Shown: piece after piece, positions 8,760 through 19,345 of the stretch
How the letters are laid out: each line of letters begins with the position of its first letter
Position numbering within the stretch: position 1 is the stretch's first letter
Assembly (NCBI GenBank): GCA_963695365.1
Contig: OY968766.1
Location: 305,744 to 369,743, forward strand
Source of the DNA: an uncultured bacterium
GTDB taxonomy: Bacteria; Babelota; Babeliae; Babelales; Babelaceae
Length of the DNA: 64,000 nt
Reading direction: 5' to 3'
Position numbers and translations under genes: made by a program
Notes under the pieces: generated by a model
Told to the model about the DNA's origin: nothing
Databases searched by the model: none
The model's input: only the letters and a program-made list of their open reading frames with translations

Positions 8760-10334
8760 TCAATCAAGAAAATAAAGCCTCATGCCCCACTTATTACGCC
8801 CATAATACAGTATCCCTACCAGCGCAAGACACAAAGGTCCTACCCAAAACCACAGCCCAATATGGTGAAGCAGTATATCTGCATATGCAGGAAACACCAG
8901 TGTAACACAAGCAACGCAGAGTTTGAAGAGGACTAGAAAGAGAGCAATAGCGAATAAAAGTTGAATAGCAAAGCGAGCAATAAATGATGCCATCTTTCTG
9001 TAATAAATCTGGAACCCAAAACGTGCCTGCAGCACGAGCAAAAAGAGCACCGTTTGGAGAACTGCCCCCAGAGACGTAGCAATAGCGATACCAACAGCCC
9101 CATACAGAGGCATTAATAGACGATTAAGAAGCACATTTGCCACCGTTCCTGCGATGGTTATCGCCGTTGTATACCTTGTCTCATGAAGTGCATAATAGAT
9201 CGTAAGCATCATCTTGTTCATAGAGAAGAAAAAGAGCCCAGGCAAGAACGCCTGCAAAAGAACTGCTCCTTCGGAAACTTGCTCCAAAGTGAAATTCTTA
9301 GCAAGTTTATAGAAAATGGTATAGAAAATATCGTAAGAAAAGAACCCCATCAAAAGAGCAAACGGCACAGTTACCCATAAAATAAGTTTTGTTGATTCGT
9401 GCAGGTAGAAGCTCAATCGTGAAGGGGCATAGGATGAAATACGAGAAAAGTGAGAAAGCAGGATAGAAGAAAACGCAACAGCAAATGCACCTAAGGCAAT
9501 AGACATAAATCGTGATGATACCGTAAGCAAGGTAATAGAGCCTGTTGGTAATGTTGAGGCAAAACGGTTATCGATAAAAAGATTCACCTCAATCACACTT
9601 GTACTGAGCAAGCAGGGAATAAATTTAATCATGACCTCTTTAAAGTATTTCCAGGTGGTCTTATTGGGCAAGGCAATAGTAAAATGAAGCTTGAAATAGA
9701 CAAAAAGATAAAGGAGTGCTTGCGCTAAGCCCCCTGCTAAAAGAAAATAGGCAAACACCTCTATTGGAAGCCCAAACTGCAGGCACGCCATCAAGCCACC
9801 AATATAAAAGATATTTAATAATGCCGGCCCCCATGAAGGAATGGTAAAATGCATTTTTGCTTGCAGTGCTCCCGCAAGGAGTGCGCTCCAAAATACAAAA
9901 AATACAAAATAGATCACTATGCGCATCAGGCTCACTGCAGAAGCAAACTCTACTGGCTTTTCGCGAAACCCCGGAGCAGAAAGCAGAATAAAAGGCTCAG
10001 GAAACACCGAGACAATAATGCACAGGAGACCGATTACGATCCCAAAAAAGATACTCATAAGCGTCGTGAGGCGACTCGCCTGGGTCTCGGATTCGTTTTT
10101 CATAACTTGGACGACGGTAGGGATAAATGCAGCATTCATCGCACCATCTGCAAATACTTTGCGCAATAGATTGGGAATTTTCATAACGCTATTAAATGCA
10201 TCTGAAAGTGGACCAACCCCCAAATAGCGCACCTGAAGAATCTCTCGCGCAACTCCCAAAAACTTGCTCAACAAGAGCAAAATAGAGACCGCTGCCGTTT
10301 TTTTTAGAATCGATTTCTTATGCAACTTTGCCAT
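8760..10334 (-). CDS. murJ: lipid II flippase MurJ (MviN)
   Basis: 524-aa polytopic membrane protein. The N-terminus SKFLGVAREILQVRYLGVGPLSDAF...AFIP is typical of the MurJ/MviN family. Confidence 0.88.
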   Translation of the reverse strand: MAKLHKKSILKKTAAVSILLLLSKFLGVAREILQVRYLGVGPLSDAFNSVMKIPNLLRKVFADGAMNAAFIPTVVQVMKNESETQASRLTTLMSIFFGIVIGLLCIIVSVFPEPFILLSAPGFREKPVEFASAVSLMRIVIYFVFFVFWSALLAGALQAKMHFTIPSWGPALLNIFYIGGLMACLQFGLPIEVFAYFLLAGGLAQALLYLFVYFKLHFTIALPNKTTWKYFKEVMIKFIPCLLSTSVIEVNLFIDNRFASTLPTGSITLLTVSSRFMSIALGAFAVAFSSILLSHFSRISSYAPSRLSFYLHESTKLILWVTVPFALLMGFFSYDIFYTIFYKLAKNFTLEQVSEGAVLLQAFLPGLFFFSMNKMMLTIYYALHETRYTTAITIAGTVANVLLNRLLMPLYGAVGIAIATSLGAVLQTVLFLLVLQARFGFQIYYRKMASFIARFAIQLLFAIALFLVLFKLCVACVTLVFPAYADILLHHIGLWFWVGPLCLALVGILYYGRNKWGMRLYFLD

Positions 10335-10348
10335 GCAGTTTTCACCTT

Positions 10349-11059
10349 TCAGACAACAATGGCTGCCGTATGTGCCAATGATCGCTGCTCAATAAGCCCG
10401 CCTCGCTCAAGAGATAACACAACATCCACCGCTTGAGCAACTTGTGGATCATGTGATGCAATAATGAGCCCCGCTCGCCATTCTTTTACACAACTCATCA
10501 AAAGATCGATGACCACCTGGGCAGTTTCACGATCTAAATGGGCTGTTGGCTCATCAGCAAGGATAAAACTCGGTTGATTAAAGAGGGCACGCGCTACTGC
10601 AACACGTTGTTGCTCTCCCCCAGAAAGCGATTTACAAAGATCATGTGAACGTTGCGACAGCCCAACTTTTTCAAGAAGCTCAGAGGCCCGTTTTTGCGCC
10701 GCCTTATATGCATGTCTTTCTATTAACCCCTTCACCATAACATTTTCAAGAACGGAAAGCTCATCAATAACGTACGGTGCCTGAAAAATAAGCCCGACAC
10801 TCTTTTGGATAATGTCTCGTTGTAGGCTCGGGTCAGAACATGCATCGCTATATCCTACAACACGCCCTTCATCTGGCTCGTCTATTCCTGCAAGAAGATG
10901 TATTAGTGTCGACTTCCCAATACCAGAGGCACCGATAAGCGCGTATGATCGCCCTTTTTCAAACGTATACGTAATATCTTCAAGCACCCTTGTTCTTTGA
11001 TGTGCTTTGGTAAAAGACTTTCCAAGTCCGAATGTTGAAAGAGAGGTTAAACATACCAT
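10349..11059 (-). CDS. ABC transporter ATP-binding protein (LolD/MacB-type)
   Basis: Walker A GASGIGKST, signature LSGGEQQRVAVARAL, Walker B ILADEPT, and the LLAGIDEPDEG motif seen in the LolD/FtsE group. Confidence 0.85.
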   Translation of the reverse strand: MVCLTSLSTFGLGKSFTKAHQRTRVLEDITYTFEKGRSYALIGASGIGKSTLIHLLAGIDEPDEGRVVGYSDACSDPSLQRDIIQKSVGLIFQAPYVIDELSVLENVMVKGLIERHAYKAAQKRASELLEKVGLSQRSHDLCKSLSGGEQQRVAVARALFNQPSFILADEPTAHLDRETAQVVIDLLMSCVKEWRAGLIIASHDPQVAQAVDVVLSLERGGLIEQRSLAHTAAIVV

Positions 11060-11218
11060 ACTGTTTTTAACACCTGTTTTTAATGTCCTCTACTACAGCC
11101 TCTTTTACTCTACCTCAAAACAACTTTTTTTGAAAGTATTGTAATCTGGACCATGGCTCCTGTACAATCAGATTAGGGACAAGAAAATATATACAGAACA
11201 TAGAGTGGGGGGAGTAGA

Positions 11219-13588
11219 ATGAAACAAGCAAAAAAATCGATGCAGGATATACAAGCATCGATGCTTCCCGTAGTACCGACAATGGACGTCGTGGTATTTC
11301 CAAATCAGATTATACCGCTCCTCGTGCTTGACGAACGAATTATTCGAGGAATTAACATAGCACTGGAAGATGATCAAAAAAGGGTATTACTCATAGCATC
11401 GAGAAAACAATCAGATACACACCAAGGAGTTATTGGAACTCGAGACCTCTATGATGTCGGTACCGTTGCTTCTATCATGCGTGTCATCAAAATCCCTGAT
11501 GGGGGAGTTAAAGTTCTCGTTCAAGGTCTTTCGAGAGCCTATATTAACGATATCATTGCAGAGGACGAGATTCTTAAGGCCTACACGGAAGATCTCTATC
11601 ATGAAGATGATCCAGCAAGCAGCGAAGTGCTCGCGCAAATAAAACACATTAAAGAAATCGCCGAACAGATTTCAGCCTCCGGGCATGCGGTCAGCCCAGA
11701 CTTTCATATTATTTTATCCAAAATGACCGATCCAGAAAAAATAGCCGATTTTGTTCTTTCACATCTTAATATCCGCGTTGACCTTGCTCAGGAGCTTCTT
11801 GAAGCACGAACGCACAAGAATCTCCTTGAAGGCCTCGGGAATCATCTTGCCAAGGAATTTGAGGTAAGCGAGATGCAAGAAGCTATTAAAACTCGCGCTC
11901 GCGATTCGATGAATAAATCACAAAAGGAGTTTTACTTACGAGAACAGCTGCGCGCAATTAAAAAAGAGCTTGGGGAAGATGAGTCTGATGATATTGACCG
12001 TCTGAGAATTAAGCTGCACGAGGCTCTTCTTCCTGAAGAAGTCCGCATAGAAGTAAACCGCCAACTCAATAGACTTGAAAAGACATCACCCGATTCGATG
12101 GAAGCTTCGGTCACCCGTGGCCATTTAGAGTGGATAGCGTCATTACCATGGGGCAAAGAGACGATCGACAATCTGAGCATCGAGCAAGCAAAGAAGGTTC
12201 TGGATGAAGATCATTACGGCTTAAAGGAGATTAAAGAGCGTATACTGGACTTTATTTCTATTCGCCATCTCAAAACTGACGGATATGCACCCATCCTCTG
12301 TTTTGCAGGTCCTCCAGGTACCGGTAAAACATCGCTTGGCAAATCGATCGCGAAAAGCCTCGGAAGAAGTTATTTTCGCATATCGCTGGGCGGCGTTAAA
12401 GATGAAGCAGAAATTCGCGGGCATCGCCGCACCTATGTCGGCGCTATGCCCGGTCGTTTTATTCAAGGAATCCGTAAAGCAGGATCGATGAATCCTGTTA
12501 TCATCATCGACGAGCTTGATAAAATTGGCGCAGACTTTAGAGGAGATCCATCTGCAGCAATGCTTGAGGTGCTCGATCCGCAACAAAACAGGACATTTTA
12601 TGATAACTATTTAGGGATTCCTTTCGATCTTTCAAAAGTCATATTTATTGCAACAGCGAATAACATTGAAACGATCTCCGAACCGTTGCGCGATCGCATG
12701 GAAATCATTCAACTATCTGGCTACACACTCGAAGAAAAGCTCCATATAGCGCAAGAATATCTTACCCGAAAAGCACTTTTGGAGTCGGGGCTTTCAGATC
12801 ACCCGCTTGCATTGGATACAGAAGTCATCTCAGATATGATCATGAGTTATACGAGAGAAGCTGGCGTTCGCGAACTTGATCGCATTATTAAGAAAGTATG
12901 CTCAAAAGCAGCACGCTCTCTTGTTGAGAAAAATGAGATGATAACGGTCACACCCGACAATATTGAACTGTATCTCGGACCCCGTAAATTTGTCCAGATG
13001 GAAACCTATGAAGAAAGCCAGGTTGGTATTACCAACGGGCTTGCATGGACCGCTTACGGCGGCGAGATGATCAAAATTGAGGCGGTGGTTATGCCAGGCA
13101 AAGGCAAACTTATTCTTACGGGCTCACTGGGAAGCGTAATGAGAGAATCAGCACAAGCTGCACTCAGCTACGCACGTGCTCATGCAAAAGAGTTCAATAT
13201 AGAGCCTGCTATGTTTAAAACCTATGATTTGCATATTCACGTTCCTGGAGGCGGCACCCCCAAAGATGGTCCGTCTGCGGGCGTTACACTGCTCTCGTCA
13301 ATTCTTTCCGCACTCACCGGTCGCGCAATCGATGCAAAATACGCAATGACTGGCGAGCTTAACCTCCGAGGTAACGTGATGCCAATTGGCGGCGTCAAAG
13401 AAAAAATTCTTGCAGCAAAAAGAAATCTCGTTGCCCATGTGATTTTACCTCAAAAAAATAAGGGCGATCTTGCAGGGTCAGAAGAAATCACACATGGCAT
13501 TAACGTAATTTGGGTAAACCATGCCGATGAAGTTTTGAGTCGTGTTTTAATGCCGCTCAAAGAAAAAAAGGACGTGGGGCCGCACTAA
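11219..13588 (+). CDS. lon: ATP-dependent Lon protease
   Basis: 789 aa. N-terminal LON domain, Walker A GPPGTGKTS, and a proteolytic domain with PKDGPSAG. Confidence 0.97.
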   Translation: MKQAKKSMQDIQASMLPVVPTMDVVVFPNQIIPLLVLDERIIRGINIALEDDQKRVLLIASRKQSDTHQGVIGTRDLYDVGTVASIMRVIKIPDGGVKVLVQGLSRAYINDIIAEDEILKAYTEDLYHEDDPASSEVLAQIKHIKEIAEQISASGHAVSPDFHIILSKMTDPEKIADFVLSHLNIRVDLAQELLEARTHKNLLEGLGNHLAKEFEVSEMQEAIKTRARDSMNKSQKEFYLREQLRAIKKELGEDESDDIDRLRIKLHEALLPEEVRIEVNRQLNRLEKTSPDSMEASVTRGHLEWIASLPWGKETIDNLSIEQAKKVLDEDHYGLKEIKERILDFISIRHLKTDGYAPILCFAGPPGTGKTSLGKSIAKSLGRSYFRISLGGVKDEAEIRGHRRTYVGAMPGRFIQGIRKAGSMNPVIIIDELDKIGADFRGDPSAAMLEVLDPQQNRTFYDNYLGIPFDLSKVIFIATANNIETISEPLRDRMEIIQLSGYTLEEKLHIAQEYLTRKALLESGLSDHPLALDTEVISDMIMSYTREAGVRELDRIIKKVCSKAARSLVEKNEMITVTPDNIELYLGPRKFVQMETYEESQVGITNGLAWTAYGGEMIKIEAVVMPGKGKLILTGSLGSVMRESAQAALSYARAHAKEFNIEPAMFKTYDLHIHVPGGGTPKDGPSAGVTLLSSILSALTGRAIDAKYAMTGELNLRGNVMPIGGVKEKILAAKRNLVAHVILPQKNKGDLAGSEEITHGINVIWVNHADEVLSRVLMPLKEKKDVGPH

Positions 13589-13727
13589 GCAGACCCGCTC
13601 ATCCACGCCGTTGCAATTGTACTGCTATGGCGGTGCAGGCCGAGTGATTGCCTACCGCGCCGACCTGTCCGACGTAGCCTTGGCGAAGTCGGAAGCTTTT
13701 AGCGAAGGCGGCTATCGAGGGACAGAC
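13589..13727. repeat. GC-rich mosaic intergenic repeat, copy B
   Basis: Starts right after the lon stop. Contains GCTATGGCGG (13624-13633) and AGCTTTTAGCGAAGGCGG (13694-13711). It also carries inverted versions of the GGATGAGCGGG (13594-13604) and CGGACAGGTCG (13661-13671) cores found in copies C and F. Confidence 0.8.
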
Positions 13728-13745
13728 TAAAAAAAGAAGATTGCC

Positions 13746-14861
13746 ATGGCAAAGATATGCACAGTCGGGAGCGCAACGCAGGATATATTTCTACTAACAG
13801 AAGGCGCCGAAACAATGCGCCTTCTGTTAAAAAATCAAACAAGCTCCTCTTATATGCTGTTTCCGCAGGGTGCCAAAATAGAGGTTACCGATCTTCATTA
13901 TGCAGTCGGTGGTGGCGCAGCAAATACCGCAGTCGGAATGAGGAGGCTCGGCCATCAACTCAAAGCGTATTTCTGCATAGGAGACGATAAAGCAGGCGAA
14001 ACAATTCAAAAACACCTGCAGGCAGAAGGCGTCTCTCTCGATCATCTCGAGATTATAGAGAAAGGCGTTACCGCAACATCCTTCATCATTCCCAGCATTG
14101 AAGGAAACCATGTCGTTTTTGTTTACAAAGGAGTGAATAAGCAGCTATCGGCAAAAAACTTTTATGCCGAACTCATTCCAACACTCGACTATCTTTTTTT
14201 CGGTCCGCTGTCAGGAAGTGGCAGAGAACTACTTTCTTGTTTCGCAGCCACCGCAAAAAAACAAGGTGTAACGGTCGTTGCCAATCCCGGCATGGGACAG
14301 CTGGCTCATGAGCCAGAGAAGTTTATAGAGCAGTTACCATGTATTGATTATCTGATTGTAAATGCCCGAGAAGCGGAAACTATGCTCAAAGCTCTTTCTC
14401 AATCTGCCAATAAAGCATCAGTATCGCATGGCTTATGTCGCATTCCCCTATCAAATGCGAGACCGTGCCCCACCTGTAAGCCATCATCGGGAGAACAGCG
14501 CATGCCATGTTTAATCTTAGAGTACATGAGAGAAGTTATTCAGCGTGGTCCATCGGCTCTTGTAGTTACTAATGGAACAGAAGGCGTTTATGTTGCAACA
14601 CGAAGTACCATGTATTTTCATCCAAGCCTTCATGTAAAGCCAGTCAGCGCACTCGGCGCCGGAGATGCCTTCAGCTCGGGATTCATAGGAGCATTGGCTC
14701 ATAACAAATCTCTTGAAGAGGCAATTGTATATGGGGTCATTAATGCATCCTCGGTCATTCAAAGCCTTGATGCGCAGGAGGGACTTTTAACGCTTGAAGA
14801 ACTCGAAAAACGTGCTGATAAACAAGGGTTGGGTGAACTTAAGAGTTGTCAATTGAAATAA
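13746..14861 (+). CDS. PfkB-family carbohydrate kinase (ribokinase-like)
   Basis: N-terminal VGSATQDIF...GGGAANTAVG and C-terminal GAGDAFSSGF motifs. There is a Cys/Pro-rich insertion (HGLCRIPLSNARPCPTCKPSSGEQRMPC) relative to my expectation for the family. Confidence 0.85.
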   Translation: MAKICTVGSATQDIFLLTEGAETMRLLLKNQTSSSYMLFPQGAKIEVTDLHYAVGGGAANTAVGMRRLGHQLKAYFCIGDDKAGETIQKHLQAEGVSLDHLEIIEKGVTATSFIIPSIEGNHVVFVYKGVNKQLSAKNFYAELIPTLDYLFFGPLSGSGRELLSCFAATAKKQGVTVVANPGMGQLAHEPEKFIEQLPCIDYLIVNAREAETMLKALSQSANKASVSHGLCRIPLSNARPCPTCKPSSGEQRMPCLILEYMREVIQRGPSALVVTNGTEGVYVATRSTMYFHPSLHVKPVSALGAGDAFSSGFIGALAHNKSLEEAIVYGVINASSVIQSLDAQEGLLTLEELEKRADKQGLGELKSCQLK

Positions 14862-15134
14862 ATCAAACTTGGAATCACTCGTCCAAATCTATCTCTCTTC
14901 AAGCCCCACCACAGGTGAGAACCTTAGCCGCGCCAGTAAGAGAGTAGTAAATATCTTTGATACATCTACCGCAACGGCAATCGCAGCTTTGGTTCGGATT
15001 AATTATACTTGAAGGGCAAAATGCACCAGAATGACGAATTTCGACATTTCGCAAACAGTAAAAGTTTGTTTTTTCTAAAAAAATGAGGCAAAATACATCA
15101 AAATAGCGTTTTTCTACATTTTAGGAACATTGGC

Positions 15135-15938
15135 ATGTTTTACGAATACCTTGAAAAAATACGATCCGTTGGAAGGCGCGCTTTCACGCTAGAACAAGCT
15201 CAAAATGATTTGAGCGTAAGCAAAGCGAGCATTTTATCAGCCATTTCTCGATTAAAAAAGCGTGGAAAGATTTTTAGCCCCGTGAAAGGATTGTATGTTA
15301 TCATACCACCAGAGTATAGACTTTTAGGCTGCTTGCCGGCAGAAGAATTAATTCCGCTTTGTATGAGATACCTCAATCGATCTTACTATGCCGGTTTGCT
15401 CACCGCTGGAAAATATTATGGTGCTGCTCATCAAAAGCCTGCTGTTTTTCAAGTTTTTGTTGACAAAAGAATGAAATCTCCATTAAAATGTGGTCAGGTG
15501 AAAATAGAATTCTTTTATAAAAAAAATATAACAAATTCGCCACTGAATGACTTTAAGGTGCAAACTGGCTATCTCAAAATATCATCGCCTGAACTCACAG
15601 CGATGGATCTTTTGCAAAACATAAAACACAGTGGAGGTATAAATAATGTAGCCACAGTTTTATCCGAGCTTATAGAATCGATAAAGCCTGATAGGCTCAT
15701 TACTTTTGCTCAACAACAAGATACGGTTTCATGGCTACAGCGCCTTGGTTACATCTTAGAAAAACTCAACCCTATGGATACAGATTCAAAAGACTCTATC
15801 TTAAAAGCGCTCAAAGAGTACCTTGCCAGCAAATCTTATAAGGCCGTTCCCCTCGATCCAAAGCTCCCCGTCACAGGATATCCGCGAAATAATCAATGGA
15901 AAGTAATCGAAAATGAAACATTTGAAAGTGACATATGA
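15135..15938 (+). CDS. abiEi: type IV toxin-antitoxin AbiEi-family antitoxin / transcriptional regulator
   Basis: N-terminal wHTH pattern (FTLEQAQNDLSVSKASILSAISRLKKRGKIFSPVKGLYVI) typical of AbiEi/COG5340. The stop overlaps the downstream start (ATGA at 15935-15938). Confidence 0.72.
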   Translation: MFYEYLEKIRSVGRRAFTLEQAQNDLSVSKASILSAISRLKKRGKIFSPVKGLYVIIPPEYRLLGCLPAEELIPLCMRYLNRSYYAGLLTAGKYYGAAHQKPAVFQVFVDKRMKSPLKCGQVKIEFFYKKNITNSPLNDFKVQTGYLKISSPELTAMDLLQNIKHSGGINNVATVLSELIESIKPDRLITFAQQQDTVSWLQRLGYILEKLNPMDTDSKDSILKALKEYLASKSYKAVPLDPKLPVTGYPRNNQWKVIENETFESDI

Positions 15939-16720
15939 TACCTTTAGAACATATTGAAACATGGAATGCATTGGTAAAGTGGCAAAACTTAGAATTAATC
16001 GAACACGATCTCATAATTAGCAAAGCACTTATCAACATATATAGCGAACCAACGCTAAAAAATAGCCTTGTCTTTCGTGCCGGCACAGCTTTAAACAAAT
16101 TATTTCTCAATCCTCCCAGTCGCTATAGCGAGGATCTCGATTTTGTGTACACCAAATCGGAACCCATTGGTAGCACTCTTGATGCATTGAGAAGGCCACT
16201 TGATCACTGGCTTGGAGAGCCAAAACGGCAAGTAGATCGTTTTGGTGCTAAGCTATATTACCGCTATAAAAGTGAAAACAACGTCCCAATGAAGCTAAAA
16301 ATCGAAATTAATACGACTGAAAAAAGCGGATTTCTGGAACAGTTTAGCAAAGAACTCACGATCGAATCTGAATGGTTTAGCGGCGGTTGTATGGTACCAA
16401 CATACCAGCTAGAAGAACTCATGGCCACCAAGCTGAGAGCACTCTTTCAGCGGCGTAAAGGCCGAGATTTGTTTGATGCCGCGCATGTGTTTGGCAACTC
16501 AATCGCCGATGTAGAACTCACGATTTTTCTTTTTCAAAAATATTTGGAGCGAGATGGAATGAGCGTAACAGGTGCTCAATTTCGCAAGAATCTACTCGAA
16601 AAAAAAGAACATGAAGGATTTAAATTTGATATGCAAAAGCTACTTCCCGAATCAGCTCGGTGGAACTTTGATAATGCCTTCGATTTTGTCATGGATGAGG
16701 TAATCTCAAAAATTCCCTAA
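15935..16720 (+). CDS. abiEii: nucleotidyltransferase AbiEii/AbiGii-family toxin
   Basis: Diagnostic motif FRAGTALNKLFLNPPSRYSEDLDFVY, plus KLRALFQRRKGRDLFD. 261 aa. Confidence 0.82.
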   Translation: MIPLEHIETWNALVKWQNLELIEHDLIISKALINIYSEPTLKNSLVFRAGTALNKLFLNPPSRYSEDLDFVYTKSEPIGSTLDALRRPLDHWLGEPKRQVDRFGAKLYYRYKSENNVPMKLKIEINTTEKSGFLEQFSKELTIESEWFSGGCMVPTYQLEELMATKLRALFQRRKGRDLFDAAHVFGNSIADVELTIFLFQKYLERDGMSVTGAQFRKNLLEKKEHEGFKFDMQKLLPESARWNFDNAFDFVMDEVISKIP

Positions 16721-16839
16721 CACTTATAGGAAATCGGTTGCAAATTGTAGCTCTTTTCGCTATTTTTTGTCAACGATTTCCGAACTCTTTGAAGCAAAAT
16801 ACAGAGAGCGACCAAGATGCTATATTTAATTCAACGTGC

Positions 16840-17135
16840 ACATTTTGTTCAACAAGCACTCCAAACGCCGTAGAGGGAACAAGGTCTTGCCAAACCCAAC
16901 AATATATCTTTGCGATCGAAAGGCCTCCGCAAATTGCCCTTTGAAAGCGCTGCTTCATGCGCTGCCTGTGCCCTGCCGTCTGGAGAACACCTTCTGCCTT
17001 GCCTGATTTTAGACTATATGCAGGAAGCCACTCAGTGTGGGCCAACTATACATGTTGTAACCAATGGAAAGCGTTTATGTGGCAATGCGATTGGGGGGAT
17101 TGAAATGAAATGGGCAACTTCAATTTACCCAAACC
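16840..17135 (+). pseudogene. decayed partial copy of the 3' part of the PfkB kinase gene (13746-14861)
   Basis: 16980-17095 aligns by eye at about two thirds identity with 14490-14600 (PCLILDYMQEATQCGPTIHVVTNG versus PCLILEYMREVIQRGPSALVVTNG), with a frame-breaking deletion after AATGGAA. 17099-17130 resembles the pfkB stop region (ATTGAAAT.AA..AACTT). The track ORFs 16738-17239 only cross this relic. Confidence 0.6.
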
Positions 17136-17344
17136 GGAAGCGACTGTTAGAGCCAGATCTACTAGAAAATAGCTCTACAAGTAAAAATATGCGCCAAAAT
17201 ATTATAAACCTTCTCGGTTTTTGCATACCCTCATTATAGAAGGGATGGAAAAATTTCGATAATTACGTTAATTACGTCACTAAAAATACCGCTAGCAAAT
17301 GATAAAGAACTAACTGAACTCAGTGATGAATTTGACAGACTCGT

Positions 17345-17582
17345 AAAACAGTAGTTTTTCAAGTACTTATTGATAAGATAGTGAAAAGAATGCTAAATTG
17401 TGGACAGGTTAAAATAGAATTCTTCTATAAAAAAAGACTAAAACCTGCTCACAAAATAGTATCCGATGTTTGCTGCCAGAAATTCCCTAAATACTTCCCG
17501 GGTAGAATTCAGGCCAGAAAAAAGAAAACAAGAGATTATAGAAGTTGGAGACTTTGGAAAGTAATCATGAGATTGTACTGAT
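17345..17582 (+). pseudogene. decayed fragment of an abiEi copy
   Basis: 17352-17437 matches 15445-15530 (GTTTTTCAAGT..AAAAGAATG..TGTGG.CAGGT.AAAATAGAATTCTT.TATAAAAAAA). 17555-17566 (TGGAAAGTAATC) matches the abiEi 3' end at about 15897-15908. Confidence 0.55.
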
Positions 17583-17587
17583 CCTGA

Positions 17588-19087
<1,500 letters not shown>

Positions 19088-19102
19088 ACACAGTGGGATG
19101 AC

Positions 19103-19345
19103 ATGGAACTACAGATTATCGGTCCTACTAGCTCACAATCACTCGACATTCACTGGATAGATGTTTCAACGGCGGATGGCAATTGTGTTATTCTTCCTGG
19201 TCATACGCCGATGATAATATTACTAGCACCCAATAAAGAGGTAACAATGGAGCGAGCGGACGGTTCAACGATGGTAATGACTGTTGCCGGGGGTTTTTTG
19301 GAAGTAACACGAACATCAATAATGCTCATTCTGACTCATGACTAA
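19103..19345 (+). CDS. atpC: F1 ATP synthase subunit epsilon, beta-sandwich domain only (80 aa)
   Basis: GNCVILPGHTPMIILLAP...VAGGFLEV matches the epsilon N-terminal domain. The ORF ends where the C-terminal helical hairpin would normally begin. Confidence 0.82.
   Translation: MELQIIGPTSSQSLDIHWIDVSTADGNCVILPGHTPMIILLAPNKEVTMERADGSTMVMTVAGGFLEVTRTSIMLILTHD

Noticed and set aside
15011-15060. Shared ATTTCGC/ATTTGCG-type short repeats upstream of the three accessory genes (4801-4838, 15011-15060, 35821-35850) as a common regulatory motif
   Set aside because: The similarity is limited to 6-8-nt AT-rich words that are expected by chance in this composition. No consistent spacing or orientation was seen.
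16738-17581. Track ORFs 16738-16944, 16770-17045, 16910-17239 and 17381-17581 as real genes
   Set aside because: They are reading frames crossing the decayed pfkB and abiEi copies. Similarity to the intact genes switches frame within them.
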